Assembly (NCBI RefSeq): GCF_006345805.1
Contig: NC_042997.1
Location: 198,338,001-198,402,000 of the forward strand
Length of the DNA: 64,000 nucleotides
Source of the DNA: Octopus sinensis
Lineage: Eukaryota
Reading direction: 5' to 3'
A program made the position numbers and the translations under genes. The first letter of the stretch is position 1. Each line of letters starts with the position of its first letter. Shown here in pieces: positions 51,391 to 64,000 of this stretch. The notes below the pieces were generated by a model, which did no database searches, had not been told where the DNA came from, and saw only the letters and a list, made by a program, of their open reading frames with translations.

Positions 51391-51726
51391 ATAATAGTTA
51401 TCGCCATACTAATATGGCATTCTTATAAAAATAAGAAAAAAGCTGTCCGCTTATTAGCTCCATGAGGCCATCGCCTTAAGTTAGCTATTTGATACACAAA
51501 CTGTATCCATATAACCTTCGAACAAGGGAGGTCAGTCGCTCCACACTACTTGACCGGCAGCTACAGACGCGTTTCGGGGTATTGACCTCCCTTGTTCGAA
51601 GGTTATATGGATACAGTTTGTGTATCAAATAGCTAACTTAAGGCGATGGCCTCATGGAGCTAATAAGCGGACAGCTTTTTTCTTATTTTTATAAGAATGC
51701 CATATTAGTATGGCGATAACTATTAT
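51391..51726. repeat. Perfect 144-bp inverted repeat with 48-bp spacer
   Basis: 51391-51534 is the exact reverse complement of 51583-51726 (checked base by base). Confidence 0.95.
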
Positions 51727-51963
51727 TATATATATATATATATACATGTATATATGTATGAATATTTATACAAACACACTTACACACACGTATATTCGTT
51801 TATTCTTTTACTTGTTTCTCTCATTTGACTGCAGCCATGCACCAACTTTAGACAAATCGATCCTATGACTTATTCTATCGGCCTCTTTTCTCGAACTGCT
51901 AAGGCACACAAATACACACACAACACACACACAACACACATACATACATATATATATATATAC

Positions 51964-52061
<98 letters not shown>

Positions 52062-52104
52062 ATATATTATATATATATATCTATATATATATATATATAT
52101 ATAT

Positions 52105-52390
52105 GCAGTTCTATATTTAAGAGATGAGGAATTATGAACATTATTTAGATTATTTACAATTAACGAATATTTGTCCTCATCTTGTTTGCTGTTAACACAA
52201 CATTTCGGCTGATATACCCTCCAGCTTTTATCAGGTGCCTTGGGGAAATTTCGAACCTGGGTTCTTATTCCTAAGGTAATTTTTTCGATATTGTTGTTAT
52301 TATTATTATTATTCAGATCACTGCCTGGAATGGAACTCGGAATCCTGGGGTTAGTAGCCCGCACTCTTAATCATTGCGCCATATTCCCGT
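52105..52390 (-). mobile_element. SINE family E, third copy; hammerhead motif 52194-52239 decayed
   Basis: Same head/(AAT)n/tail; core reads CUGAUAA and stem II has an A-C mismatch. Confidence 0.82.
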
Positions 52391-52483
52391 GGGCATATAC
52401 ACACACAACACACACACATACACACACATACACACACACACACATACACACACACACAACACACCACACACACACACACACAC

Positions 52484-52650
52484 GACGGGCTTCTTTCACT
52501 TTCCGTGTACCAAATCCACTCACAAGGTTTTAATCGGCCTGGGGCTATTGCGGAAGACACACCCACAAGGTGCCACGCAGTGGGACAGAACCCGAAACCA
52601 TATGGTTGAGAAGCAAGCTTCTAATCACACAGCTACTCCTGCACCTATAG
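52484..52650 (-). mobile_element. SINE family B
   Basis: ACGACGGGCTTCTTTCAC..CTACTCCTGCACC. Confidence 0.8.
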
Positions 52651-52824
52651 ACAGCCTGCCCTGCGCCTATATATAATACATTTTCATGGAGAGTGGATAC
52701 AACGAATGCGAAGTTTCGACCTGGTAGAATTCATCAGATTACCGTTCAGTCCCATGAAGTTAGCTGGCTGAAAGTTCGAAGTCACTGTCAACCTTCTACT
52801 TGTAAAAGTATAAACATTCACACA

Positions 52825-52919
<95 letters not shown>

Positions 52920-52929
52920 CTTCTCTCTC

Positions 52930-53300
52930 TCTTCTACTTGTTTCAGTTATTTGACTGCGGCCATGCTGGAGCACCGCCTTTAGTCGAGCAAATCGACCCC
53001 GGGACTTATTCTTTGTAAGCCCAGTACTTATTCTATCGGTTTCTTTTGCCGAACCGCTAAGTAACGGGGACGTAAACACACCAGCATCGGTTGTCAAGCA
53101 ATGCTAGGGGGACAAACACACACACATATATACATATATACGACAGGCTTCTTTCAGTTTCCGTCTACCAAATCCACTCACAAGGTCGGCCTGGGGCTAT
53201 AGCAGAAGACACTTGCCCAAGATGCCATGCAGTGGGACTGAACCCGGAACCATGTGGTTGGTTAGCAAGCTACTTACCACACAGCCACTCCTGCACCTAT
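52930..53300 (-). mobile_element. SINE family B with tail module
   Basis: Reverse complement of the 6431-6822 arrangement. Confidence 0.85.
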
Positions 53301-54068
53301 ATATATAATATAAATTATTGTATTTGCTAAAGTAAGTCAGAAACCATGGTCCAGGAAGTAGATGGTAAATGTTTATATTTGTCATTCCCTTCGAGAACTT
53401 ATCCGTTTTTAGTGGTTTGGACTTTAGCTGTTCCTTCTAGCGTGAGAGTCCTATGATGGAAACCTCTTAATGTGTTTAAATGTACACTGTATTTTATATG
53501 TGTGTGTATATATATGCGGTTATAGTCTATTACATGAATGTTACGTTATTTTAACGGCCATTGAACGAAAAGAGGTAAAACTAACTTTGGCCAGATTTGA
53601 ACGTAAATGCCCATAACTAAATAGTGCAAGGTACATTATCTTACGCTCTAACGATTCTGCCAGTCCATTATCAAGGTAAATTCCGTTAATCCAATATATA
53701 ACTGCTTCTGCAGCTTCAAGATACATGAGAGAATAAATATTCTATGTTCCATAAAATCTGTTTACAATGCCTCATCTTTCTGTGTATAAAATGTCAAGGT
53801 TAGCTTCCATAAACCACGCAGTTTTAAGAGCATTAACAACTGCAATAAAACAGTCAGCTCGGTTAAATATTACGTTTCTTTCAACAAAACATTGTTCTTG
53901 TGACAAAGAAATCATGCGTAAAATTCAGAGTAGAGACAGCGGGGTTTGTCCTTTCAGTACGTGAATATAAAAAGGCATACGTATATACATACACACACAA
54001 ATGCATACATTGTTGCATTCGTACGAAGTTATGTAGTTTCACGTGTGTCCCATGGTAATTTATGCACA

Positions 54069-54135
<67 letters not shown>

Positions 54136-54143
54136 ATATCTAT

Positions 54144-54185
<42 letters not shown>

Positions 54186-54193
54186 TACCTGCA

Positions 54194-54231
<38 letters not shown>

Positions 54232-54305
54232 AAACTAAGTGGCAATTATATTTTACGATTCTGTAGTGCTACTGTTTACTTCTCGTTCAGAGATTTAATA
54301 TTGCC

Positions 54306-54401
<96 letters not shown>

Positions 54402-54414
54402 ATATATGTATATA

Positions 54415-54720
54415 TCATCGTTTAACGCCCGTTTTCCATGCTAGCATGGTTTGGACGGTTCAACTGGGGTCTGGGAAGCCAGAAGGCTGCGCCAGGCCCA
54501 GTCTGATCTGGCAGTGTGTCTATAGCCGGATGCCCTTCCTAACGCCAACCACTCCGTGAGTGTAGTGGGTGATTTTAACGCGCCACCTGCACAGGTGCCA
54601 GACGAGGCGGGCAAACGGCCACGATCGTATGGTGCCTTTTACGTGTCACCGGCACGGGGGCCAGACGCGGCTGGCAACGGCCACAATCGGATGGTGCTTT
54701 TTACGTGCCACCGGCACATT
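54415..54720 (-). mobile_element. SINE-like element with internal ~61-bp tandem repeats
   Basis: Palindrome CCATGCTAGCATGG near the end, GGATGCCCTTCC motif, and about 2.3 copies of TTTTACGTGCCACCGGCAC..ATGGTGC. Confidence 0.55.
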
Positions 54721-54949
54721 CTTGTTTCAGTCATTTGATTGCGGTCATGTTGGTGCACCGCATTGAACCCATGACTTATTCTTTGTAATCCTAGTACTTA
54801 TTCTATGGATATCTTTTGTCGAACCGCTAAGTTACCGGGACGTAAACGCACCAACACTGGTTGTCAAGCGAAGCTGAGGGGACAAACATAGAGAAAGAGG
54901 AACAGAGAAAGTGCGATAGAGAAAGAAAGAAAAATAGAAAGAAATACAA

Positions 54950-55559
<610 letters not shown>

Positions 55560-55830
55560 CATTGTACTATCATTACGAGAACATATTCGAAATGAAATCA
55601 TTCGAGAACGGAGCAAAATGAATGATGTGATCGCAAAATGCCGAAAATACAATATCTGCTTAGTCGCACATGTAAAGCTCATAACAAAAGGGTTGTTGAG
55701 TGGAATGCAAGCGCTCTGAAAAGCCGCTCAGAAAGTGGCCACGGCGATGGGAAGACGATTTAGTTAAAAGTTTTGTGCAAAGAAGTTAAGAACGACAGAA
55801 CGAAGAAAGAATGGTAAACGCCTTACGTCA
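55560..55830 (+). mobile_element. Decayed RTE-clade LINE 3' fragment
   Basis: SLREHIRNEIIRERSKMNDVIAKCRK, followed by a frameshifted RW.DD-type tail. Confidence 0.55.
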
Positions 55831-55857
55831 GCATATTCGAAATGAGATCATTCGGAA

Positions 55858-56475
55858 AAGGTGATACAATGCTATATAATAGATATGTATGTGTGTGTGT
55901 GGTGTGTGTGTGTGTGTGTGCATGTGTGTATGTGTGTATGTGTGTGTGTGCCTATGTGTGTATGCGTTTGTGTGTGTATGTATGTGTGTGCATGTATGTG
56001 TGTATGCGTATGTGTGTGTGTGTGTGTGCATATGTGATACAATGATATATATATAATAGATGTGCGTGTGTGTGCCTCTGTGTATCTGTGTACCTATATG
56101 TGTGTATACGTATGTGCGTCTGTATGTGCGTGCCTGTATGCGTGTATGTATGTGTGCGCATGTATGTGTGTATGTGTGTGCGTGTGCATATGTGATACAA
56201 TGATATATATAATAGATGTGTATGTGTATGTGCGTGTGTGTGCCTCTGTGTATGTGTGTATGCCTATATGTGTGTATACGTATGTGCGTCTGTGTGTGTG
56301 TATATGTATGTGTGTGCATGTATGTGTGTGTGTGCATATGTGATACAATGATATATATAATAGATATGTATGTGTATGTATGTGTGTGCGTGTGTGTGCC
56401 TCGGTGTATATGTGTGCGCCTATATGTTTGTATATATGTGTGCATGTATGTGCGTATGTGTGTGTGTGCATATGT
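55858..56475. repeat. Four-unit ~150-170-bp minisatellite built on GT/TA microsatellite
   Basis: Anchor GTGATACAATG(C/A)TATATA..ATAGAT at about 55860, 56033, 56192 and 56340. Confidence 0.8.
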
Positions 56476-56999
56476 CCAATTGCAGAATAAAAAGATGATT
56501 TAGATTTTCTTTTTATGACATCACAAATTACGTATAACAACATAAGTTACATGACCATTCGACGTGTTTCAATGGCGAATATTACTGCGTTGTGTAGTAA
56601 TCGTAAGGAAGAAGATATTGCCACACCATTGCTCCCTTCCTCTTACTCGAGATGAAATCTTTATTAAGATCACTACGGATCGAAACATAGAATGGGTACA
56701 TTGCAAGACAGACAAATACAAAATGTTGGATGAGTTCGAATGATTATAATAAAAATTTACTTATATAAAATTTGATAAAATAATTTTAAAACTTTTCACT
56801 ACAACTTTTTTTTTCCAAAACAAAAACCCTAAACAGAAGAAAAAAAGAATATGAAACAGAAAAAAAGAAACAGAAAAAAATGAAACCTAGAAGGCCCAGC
56901 AGCTCCCTTTTCCTTTCCTCGATGATTAAGTTGGGTTACTAGCACCCACCTTTTTCATCATTTCCTTCCACCGTTGCTCATATTCACTCGGCGGCAGGG

Positions 57000-57510
57000 T
57001 CCTCTTTTCCAACCCCATTGTGCTCTTCAGATGGTATTTGAAGTAAGATAGCAAACAGGGGCCGGAGACGAAGGACCACATTCCAATATTTGCAAACATT
57101 CTACAATGTCCCCTATCCAAGAATGGTAATCTCACTCCCCATACCAACATGATAAAAGTTACGAAGACCACAAATAGCAGCAGCCTGAATCTCCTTTTTC
57201 TTCATGACCACAAATACTTCTTTCATAAATCCATGCTTACTGAAGACCTACGATCTTGTGACCTACACCTTAAACATTTGGTAAAACTTTTGCGCTTTCA
57301 ACTTCAGCAAATCTTTCGATATTGTCTCAAACGTGAATCACCCGTCAAAAGTATTTGCTTGTGGGCTCCGTCCGCCTTTTCCTCTTTTGGGTCGGTGACT
57401 TCCTGACAGCACCACGGCAGGGTGTTGATAGAATGACGTCGACTCACACTATCAACTATAGGAGGTAGCCTATGGGATCCAGAGATTGTTTTTAACCTAT
57501 TCTCATACAC
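57000..57510 (-). pseudogene. Decayed SGNH-esterase-like ORF1 of a CR1/L2-type LINE
   Basis: QILLTGDSRLR (GDS block I), then frameshifted YHVG resembling HVGTND; multiple stops. Confidence 0.45.
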
Positions 57511-57817
57511 TTTTACCTATACATTGTCTGCCCATGTTTCTGACTTAGACATAACTCCTGCAAATACCGTAAACCAGTTATCCCGACGTTCTAACAACTC
57601 TACCACCTTACATCTCTGTACTTAGAAATTGTATACATTGAAACGCAAATCAATATCCAATAACATTTTATGCTTACAATCTTATATATATAGTTCTAAT
57701 TTTAAACTTTACATTACTCTTATCCTTACATTTCTATATCATGCATTCAATAAACTATTTTCTTGCGCAACTGTTATGCTTACACATTTTTTATAACACA
57801 CAGAACAACATGCTGTA

Positions 57818-58100
57818 GGCATATGGCCTATTGGTTAGAGCAGCGGACTCGTAGTCGAGGGATTGCGGGTTCGAATCTCAGTCCGGGCGATGTGTGCGTT
57901 TATGAGCGAAACACCTAAGCTCCACGCGGCTCCGGTAGAAGGTAATGGCTAACTCTTTCGCCACAACTTTCTTTCACTCTTTCCTCCTGCATCTTGCAGC
58001 TCACCTGCGACGGACCGGCATCCCGTCCAGGTGGGAAAACCTATACGCTAAGGAAACCGGCCCTTATGAGTCAGGCGTGGCTCGAGAAGGAACAAACATT
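57818..58100 (+). mobile_element. SINE family C
   Basis: GGCATATGGCCTATTGG..GGGTTCGAATCTC..CACCTAAGCTCCACG. Confidence 0.78.
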
Positions 58101-58199
58101 ATGTTAATATATCAAGTGCAGACCAGAACCCATCTTTTACTTTTGGTATCACGAGTATAACAAATGTTTTTTATTGAATGTTTTATGTACTGTATTGTA

Positions 58200-58670
58200 A
58201 TGTTTAATGAAGGGGATAGCGAAATCATTTGAAAGTATTCAATCAGCTTCTCTTGCTCTGAGTCAGGAGGAATTTCCGACCACGTTTCGTGGTTTGCTAC
58301 CTCAACAGCTCCTTTATAGGATCAGTGGCTAAATACATTATCAGGAGGAACCACGTCCGGTTTCCGCCTCTACTCCTCTAGCGTTTTCGACGTGGCGGTC
58401 ACCCACCTTTCGGAGGTGTCTTCAGCTCTTGTGTTGAGTGCATTTTTTCTTTATCCTTCTTTCTTCTGTTCCTTGGCCTTTTCGATGCAGCATCAACGAG
58501 TGGTAGCGGGCGACTGACCTTCCTGTCAAATTCCCCCTTAAATACTCGCCGGTAGGCTCCAGCAGCCAGCACCAGCTTGTTGTCACGTGACACTGTCTAA
58601 ACTTCAACTGACCAATGGAGAGGAAGGTCACATAATCTTAGCCCGCGCCCTCGCTAAAGCTGTCTTTCCA
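58200..58670 (-). mobile_element. LTR-like interspersed repeat, homologous to 63100-63630
   Basis: Shares CCAAT, TGTCACGTGACA, TATTTAA, GTCAGTCGCCCGC and GAGCTGAAGACACCTCCGAAAG. Confidence 0.6.
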
Positions 58671-58748
58671 ACAGTATCGTGTTAGTTTCAGTTCCAGCAC
58701 TCATAATTACTCAACAAGCGATTGTACAAAGTAACCAAGGAAGGAAAG

Positions 58749-58797
<49 letters not shown>

Positions 58798-58799
<2 letters not shown>

Positions 58800-58942
58800 T
58801 ATTTCTTTACTACCCACAAGGGGCTAAACATAGAGGGGACAAACAAGGATAGACAAACGGATTAAGTCGATTACATCGACCCCAGTGCGTAACTGGTACT
58901 TAATTTATCGACCCCGAAAGGATGAAAGGCAAAGTCGACCTC
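58798..58942 (-). mobile_element. Truncated SINE A next to (AAT)n
   Basis: Reverse-complement module cut at GTCGACCTC. Confidence 0.8.
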
Positions 58943-59479
58943 GCAGTACCAGGCAGTGGCTCTCGTGGCTTCTGATCTTAACTGATTGGAAGTGTTATCC
59001 TGTAAATTGATATAAAAGATGGGCTACAGCAAATTTCTGCTCAATACCACAGATTTGCTTGTCAGTTGTTTGACCTTAACCAGTTGAGCATGTCCCTTAG
59101 TGGCTGACGATATGTGTATCTCTGATCACGAGCAGAAGTAATGGGGGAGCATCATAGCCATATGTTAAGAGGGATTCTTTGGTGGTGTGAATAATTCGCG
59201 CTCTGGAAACATGGGTGTTTCGTTCAACATCCTTAAACAACCCTTATTCAGGGACTTTTTGAGTGGGATGGGTTACTCTACCAGAAGAAAATTCTAACTG
59301 GGCCCCACCTGCAAGGTCATGTGCTGTTTATCTTGATATGAGATCACCATGTCGCACACATATGGTTGTGATGCTTGTGCCTAGTGTATCCTTATCAGAC
59401 GGGTAGTCATGATGGGTATAGTGGGCTTTGTATATCTTACCCCAGTGTTACTTTGATGGCATGCACTGCTCTCTCACTC

Positions 59480-59480
<1 letters not shown>
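58943..59480 (+). mobile_element. Unclassified ~540-bp repeat-like insert ending in (AAT)n
   Basis: Abruptly replaces the SINE A sequence, is GC-richer than its flanks and has a TAA tail; single copy here. Confidence 0.45.
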
Positions 59481-59527
<47 letters not shown>

Positions 59528-59769
59528 TTCTACCACATTAACGCTTTAAAAAAATCGACGTGATTTATAAAGTTGGGAGAAACTTACCGATCTAAATGCT
59601 TTAGTCATCATAATGAATAAATTCTATTTTCAAAGTCGGAGAAACATATCAATTTAATTAAAACTGCGAAGTTGTTTTGCAGTAATATTGAAATGGTGTT
59701 TTGTGCATGAAGCTTAGTTATGAAGCGAGGGAAGAAAGCTTATTTTAATGGAAAGATTTTATCAAAATA

Positions 59770-61190
59770 ACGGATGTTAGAGCCTGACGACAATGATAAT
59801 AGATATGAATAACTTGGCATTCAAGAACTCAATGACATCATGCATAAGGAAATGAAGGGGAAAAAAATATATATATGGGAAAAGATTAAAGCATGTACTG
59901 AAGTTCAATGTAAATTCAAGGAATGTGATAGATGCGATCAGTTTCTGTCGTAGATTATAACGTTGGATCAGTGAATTGGGCACAAGATAAAATAGATGCA
60001 GGAGACAGAGAAATAAACCTTCAATATGAAGTGAGTGCAACATCTAAGAGCAAATGTCAGTCATTTATAGATGAAACGAAAGGAGGCTGGAGTGAGGAGA
60101 GTTACTGCATTTGCATTTCTGTTTGCGAAAATGAAAAGCAGATTAGTAAACAGATTAGTAAAATTGCAAAGAGCGAAGAAGAAACGGTCTGTAATAAAAT
60201 TTGAAGATAATTTGCGAGATACAGAGAGCACTGGCAGAAATGCACTTACATGGACGGAGATGCCAAGAATTAAAAATTATGACTCACTGTACAGCAGGAA
60301 GAGTTTCTTTGGAGCTGTTAAAGATTAAGCACTAGATACTAGTCCGGAGAGCCAGGATATGTATTGTATCACTTCAACAAACTAATGCTACATTAGTAAT
60401 TGGTGAGTAGAACACATGCAGCCTATTGTAGCAGCGTTCAAAATATTAGCTTAGAAAGAATAGAAGCAACAGCATACGTCTGTCTCAGAAATGTTGCTAA
60501 TACATGTTGTCATAGGAGCCCTAGGAATGATAACAAATGGGGCTGATTCCTATCTTGCTCAGATACCTGGAAACTCCAAAATGGCAGAAATTCAAAAGAG
60601 AGTGCTTACTGGTATGAACATCATCTTGAGCCAGTCGTTGAAGGTAAAAATTTCACTATCCTCTGGGATTTTCCAATCAACACCAAAAGAACGATCCAGG
60701 CTAATCGACCAGACACAATTATTAAAGACAGAAAAGAAAAAAAACTTGTACACTAATAGATGCGAGTGTTCCCACTGATAAAAATATATCTGTCAAGAAA
60801 TTTGACAAACCTAGTAAATTTAAGGACCTGGAAATTGAAATACAAATGATGTGGCATCTTAAAACGAGAACTGTTCCTGTTATTGTAGGTGTCCTAGGAA
60901 TGATTAAAAAAAGGGATGTTAGAAACATTTAGATAAAATCCTAGGAGAATCATATCTCAGAGAAATCCAAAAGATTGCGCTGACAAATACAGCCCACATC
61001 CTTAGAAAAACCCTAAACCCTGTCCATTTGTCTATGTCGTATTACATAAAGATATTTCACTACCTCCCCTGCCCAAGCTTTCAGTCATACTGTAATATGC
61101 CTTATCCTTCACTCGTCCCAAGAAGCTGGGTGTGTCTCGGTAAGTGACTGTAACAAACATGCAGATTAAAAGCAAAAATGACAATAATAA
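59770..61190 (+). mobile_element. Stacked or chimeric R4/Dong-like fragments (post-RT, RLE domain, 3' UTR)
   Basis: LGIQELNDIMHKEMK..MKRKEAG; VVIGALGMIT..EIQKRVLTG fused to WYEHHLEPVVEG..ILWDFPINT..ANRPD..LIDASVP..KFKDLEIEI..VPVIVGVLG..TAHILRKTL. Confidence 0.85.
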
Positions 61191-61419
61191 TCCCTTCTAC
61201 TAAATACACAAGGTCTGAAATTTGGGGGAGAGTGATAGTCAATACTCCAGTACTCACCTGTAGTTAATTTATCGACCCCGAAAGGATGAAAGCGAAATCG
61301 ACCTTGGCAGAACGAAGAACGTAAAGAAGGACGAAATGCCTCTAACTATTCTGCCGACTCGCCACCTTGATGATAATAATAATAATAATAATAATAATGG
61401 TTTCACATTTTGCCACAAC

Positions 61420-61705
61420 CAAGCCATTGAATTACAGAGACTATATGAAAAGTGCAGGTAAAATTTATCCTAGCATTTATAGGTGCATTAGGTACTATCC
61501 CTAAAGATTTGAACAGATGGACAGAGGAGATAGGCATAAAACCCAGTTTAGTTCAGCTCCAGAAAACAGTGTTATTAGGGACAGCTAGGATATTTAGGAG
61601 GGTTCTTAGCATCTAAGGTTACCTGTTGTAGCCCGATCTTAGGAATTTTGCTTTGCCAAAAGTCTAATATCTTCTGTGTATATGAATAATAATAATATAA
61701 TAATA

Positions 61706-61743
<38 letters not shown>

Positions 61744-61747
61744 TAAT

Positions 61748-61786
<39 letters not shown>

Positions 61787-61797
61787 TAATAATAATG

Positions 61798-61832
<35 letters not shown>

Positions 61833-61849
61833 TAATAATAATAATAATG

Positions 61850-61898
<49 letters not shown>

Positions 61899-61905
61899 TA
61901 ATAAT
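61420..61905 (+). mobile_element. R4/Dong-like 3' end followed by a long (TAA)n
   Basis: IGALGTIPKDLNRWTEEIGIKPSLVQLQKTVLLGTARIFRRVLSI*; (AAT)n at 61685-61905. Confidence 0.85.
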
Positions 61906-62503
61906 AGTGTATGTGCTCGTGCACGTATGTCTGTCTTGGTGTATAAAATTATTCAAATCTGTTCTCGGAGTATCTTATTCCTTAAATCAATAAATTTCAT
62001 TCCACTCTGTCTAACAAAGTTGAGTACTTTATTCGCTTTGTTGTAATATAAGCCGGTGTGAACCAACAATTACCTATCTACGATCATATATATGCGTACA
62101 TACGACCATATGTGCGTACATGCATATATCTGCGTATGCATGTTTGCTTCTTCGTGCGTATTTATGAGAGTATAATGCATGTACAACTCACCGATGAATA
62201 TTTGCCAAGAGTACAGAAGTAGTGGACGTATGGATCAATACGCTAATGACCAACGTAATTGAATGATGGCGCATGCAACGTATAACATTATGTATCACAT
62301 TACAAGCTTTCATTGTGACTTAGTAGAATTCGATTTACAGTTGGAAGCATCATCTCGCATCGCTAATATTATGCGGAAAAGTATAAACTTTACAGCCTCT
62401 TATTTTTAGGAACCGTTGCATGTATCGGGTGCAGCAAATACATTTATCTCTTATTTAAAATAATAACTTATCCATTATTCAAACATGAATTGAAAACACC
62501 TTA

Positions 62504-62928
62504 GGATCTTTTCGGTTTGAACGGCAGTTTTTAACATAATTTGTAGGTAACTAAAAAATTTTAAACTTCGTATACTGGTAGAATGTGTTTATAAAACATC
62601 TTTTTCTCTTGGTTTTATTGAGAAAATTCTATAGTTTGTAAGATATTTGTTTTTTTTTTTTCTTCAATTTCTGCAATTTCAACCAATCAATGACGTCCAT
62701 TGAGGTAAAAAAAAACATTCTATGCTATATAAATATATCCCTCGTTTAGGAAACAGATTGGGTTTATTTACATTTGTGAAGAAAAAAAGATACCCTTACC
62801 ACCACCCCTAACCCTAACTAACCCTAAAACAGATTGAAATGCAATAGATCGATACTAGCTTCATAATTATGGGTGACAATTTTATATGACACCGCTAGCA
62901 AAAACTGCCGTTCAAACCGAAAAGATCC
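62504..62928. mobile_element. Merlin-like MITE copy 3
   Basis: Same TIRs; flanks ACACCTTA/CAACCTTA match 6/8; CCCTAA-like run inside. Confidence 0.9.
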
Positions 62929-63099
62929 CAACCTTATTAGCAAAAAATGGTTGCAAGTGTTGTAGAAACCTTCCTAATATTCTTTTGCTTTATTGTTTAT
63001 CCTTGATTAGTAACACGCCGGCAGGAAAATAACATCACTCGGTGAGACAAGCTGACACTGAATTAGCTTCGCTGATTGACAGGCGACGGTCTCGTTTAG

Positions 63100-63630
63100 A
63101 GAATGCGTGGGCTAAGACTACGCGCCTTCATTGGTTAGTTAAAGTTGAAACAGTGTCACGTGACAATTTGCTGGGGCTGCCTGCTGGAGCGTAGCAGCAG
63201 GTATTTAAAGGGAAAGTTGACAAGACAGTCAGTCGCCCGCTGTCACTTGTTGACGCTACATCGAAGAGGCCAAGGAACAGAAGAAAGAAGACATGCACCC
63301 AACACCAGAGCTGAAGACACCTCCGAAAGAGTGGGGCTGCCTGCTGGAGCGTAGCAGCAGGTATTTAAAGGGAAAGTTGACAAGACAGTCAGTCGCCCGC
63401 TGTCACTTGTTGACGCTACATCGAAGAGGCCAAGGAACAGAAGAAAGAAGACATGCACCCAACACCAGAGCTGAAGACACCTCCGAAAGAGTGGGGCGCC
63501 ACGTTAAAACGGTAGAGGAGTAGGGGCCGAAACCGGAGGTGGTTCCTCCTGATGATGTCTTGAGCTAACTGGATCTTATAAAGGAGCTGTTGTGGTAGCA
63601 GACCACAAAACACGGTTGAAATTCCAGCAA
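63100..63630 (+). mobile_element. LTR-like repeat with a perfect internal 160-bp tandem duplication
   Basis: 63172-63331 equals 63332-63491; TGGGGC at 63172, 63332 and 63492. Confidence 0.65.
63128..63210 (+). promoter_or_regulatory. CCAAT / palindromic E-box / TATA arrangement
   Basis: ATTGG at 63130, TGTCACGTGACA at 63154-63165 and TATTTAAA at 63202; same order in the diverged 58.5-kb copy. Confidence 0.45.
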
Positions 63631-64000
63631 CACAAACAGAACATGAATAAATTGTAGCATTGAAATGACTGGTATTGTAAAGGGAAGATGGCTGACATGA
63701 AGAATTGAGAGCTATAGTGAAAGCAAAGGGTGGCCATGATGAATTGTTAATATATATGTAAAACAATGGTTTCAAATTTTGTCACTAGGTCGGCAATTTC
63801 GGGAGGGGATAAGTTTTAGCATCAACCCCAGTATTCAACTGGTACTTATTTTATCGACTTCGGTATAATTTTAACTCAGAACGCAAAGACGGACTAAATG
63901 CCGCTAAATATTTTGTCCGGCGTGTTAACGATTCTGCGTTAAATACATGTAAATTATTGTCACTAGGTAAAACAGTCAACCTGTTAACTTTCATTACGTA

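Noticed and set aside
51560-51610. Full hammerhead in the inverted-repeat spacer
   Set aside because: Only GAAACGCGTC matches; the 5' core has three mismatches and stem I does not pair.
52705-52741. Minus-strand CTGATGA..GAAAC motif
   Set aside because: Stem II is unpaired and U16.1 is absent; at most a relic.
56655-56700. GATC-loop-GATC-GAAAC relic (similar relics near 13310, 39400 and 49855)
   Set aside because: Core too degenerate to separate from chance.
63308-63335. CTGAAGACACCTCCGAAA as a hammerhead
   Set aside because: No stem II, stem III or stem I pairing around the motif.

Overview
AT-rich, repeat-saturated eukaryotic DNA. The SINE families and microsatellite load look most like an Octopus/coleoid cephalopod genome; this is recognition, not a database result. 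No intact host gene, prokaryotic feature or CRISPR array is supportable, and most ORFs in the supplied track are translated microsatellites. The window is a layered transposon deposit. It holds five tRNA-headed SINE families (labelled A-E here), decayed non-LTR fragments (RTE, Tx1/L1, several R4/Dong-like lineages in (TAA)n, a CR1-type esterase ORF1), Helitrons, a three-copy MITE with GG-terminated TIRs and 8-bp TSDs, hAT-like MITE ends and an LTR-like promoter repeat. The most notable observations are: (1) about a dozen hammerhead-ribozyme motifs in at least five unrelated small repeat families, including canonical type I folds at 47277-47327 (+) and 49290-49332 (-); (2) a tRNA-headed SINE whose tail carries a hammerhead, with covariation between copies; (3) a SINE that recurs as head + n x 184-bp modules with a quasi-palindromic junction, reaching 8 modules; and (4) several fold-back inverted repeats, one a perfect 144 bp. 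All folds were paired by eye; activity and expression are untested.
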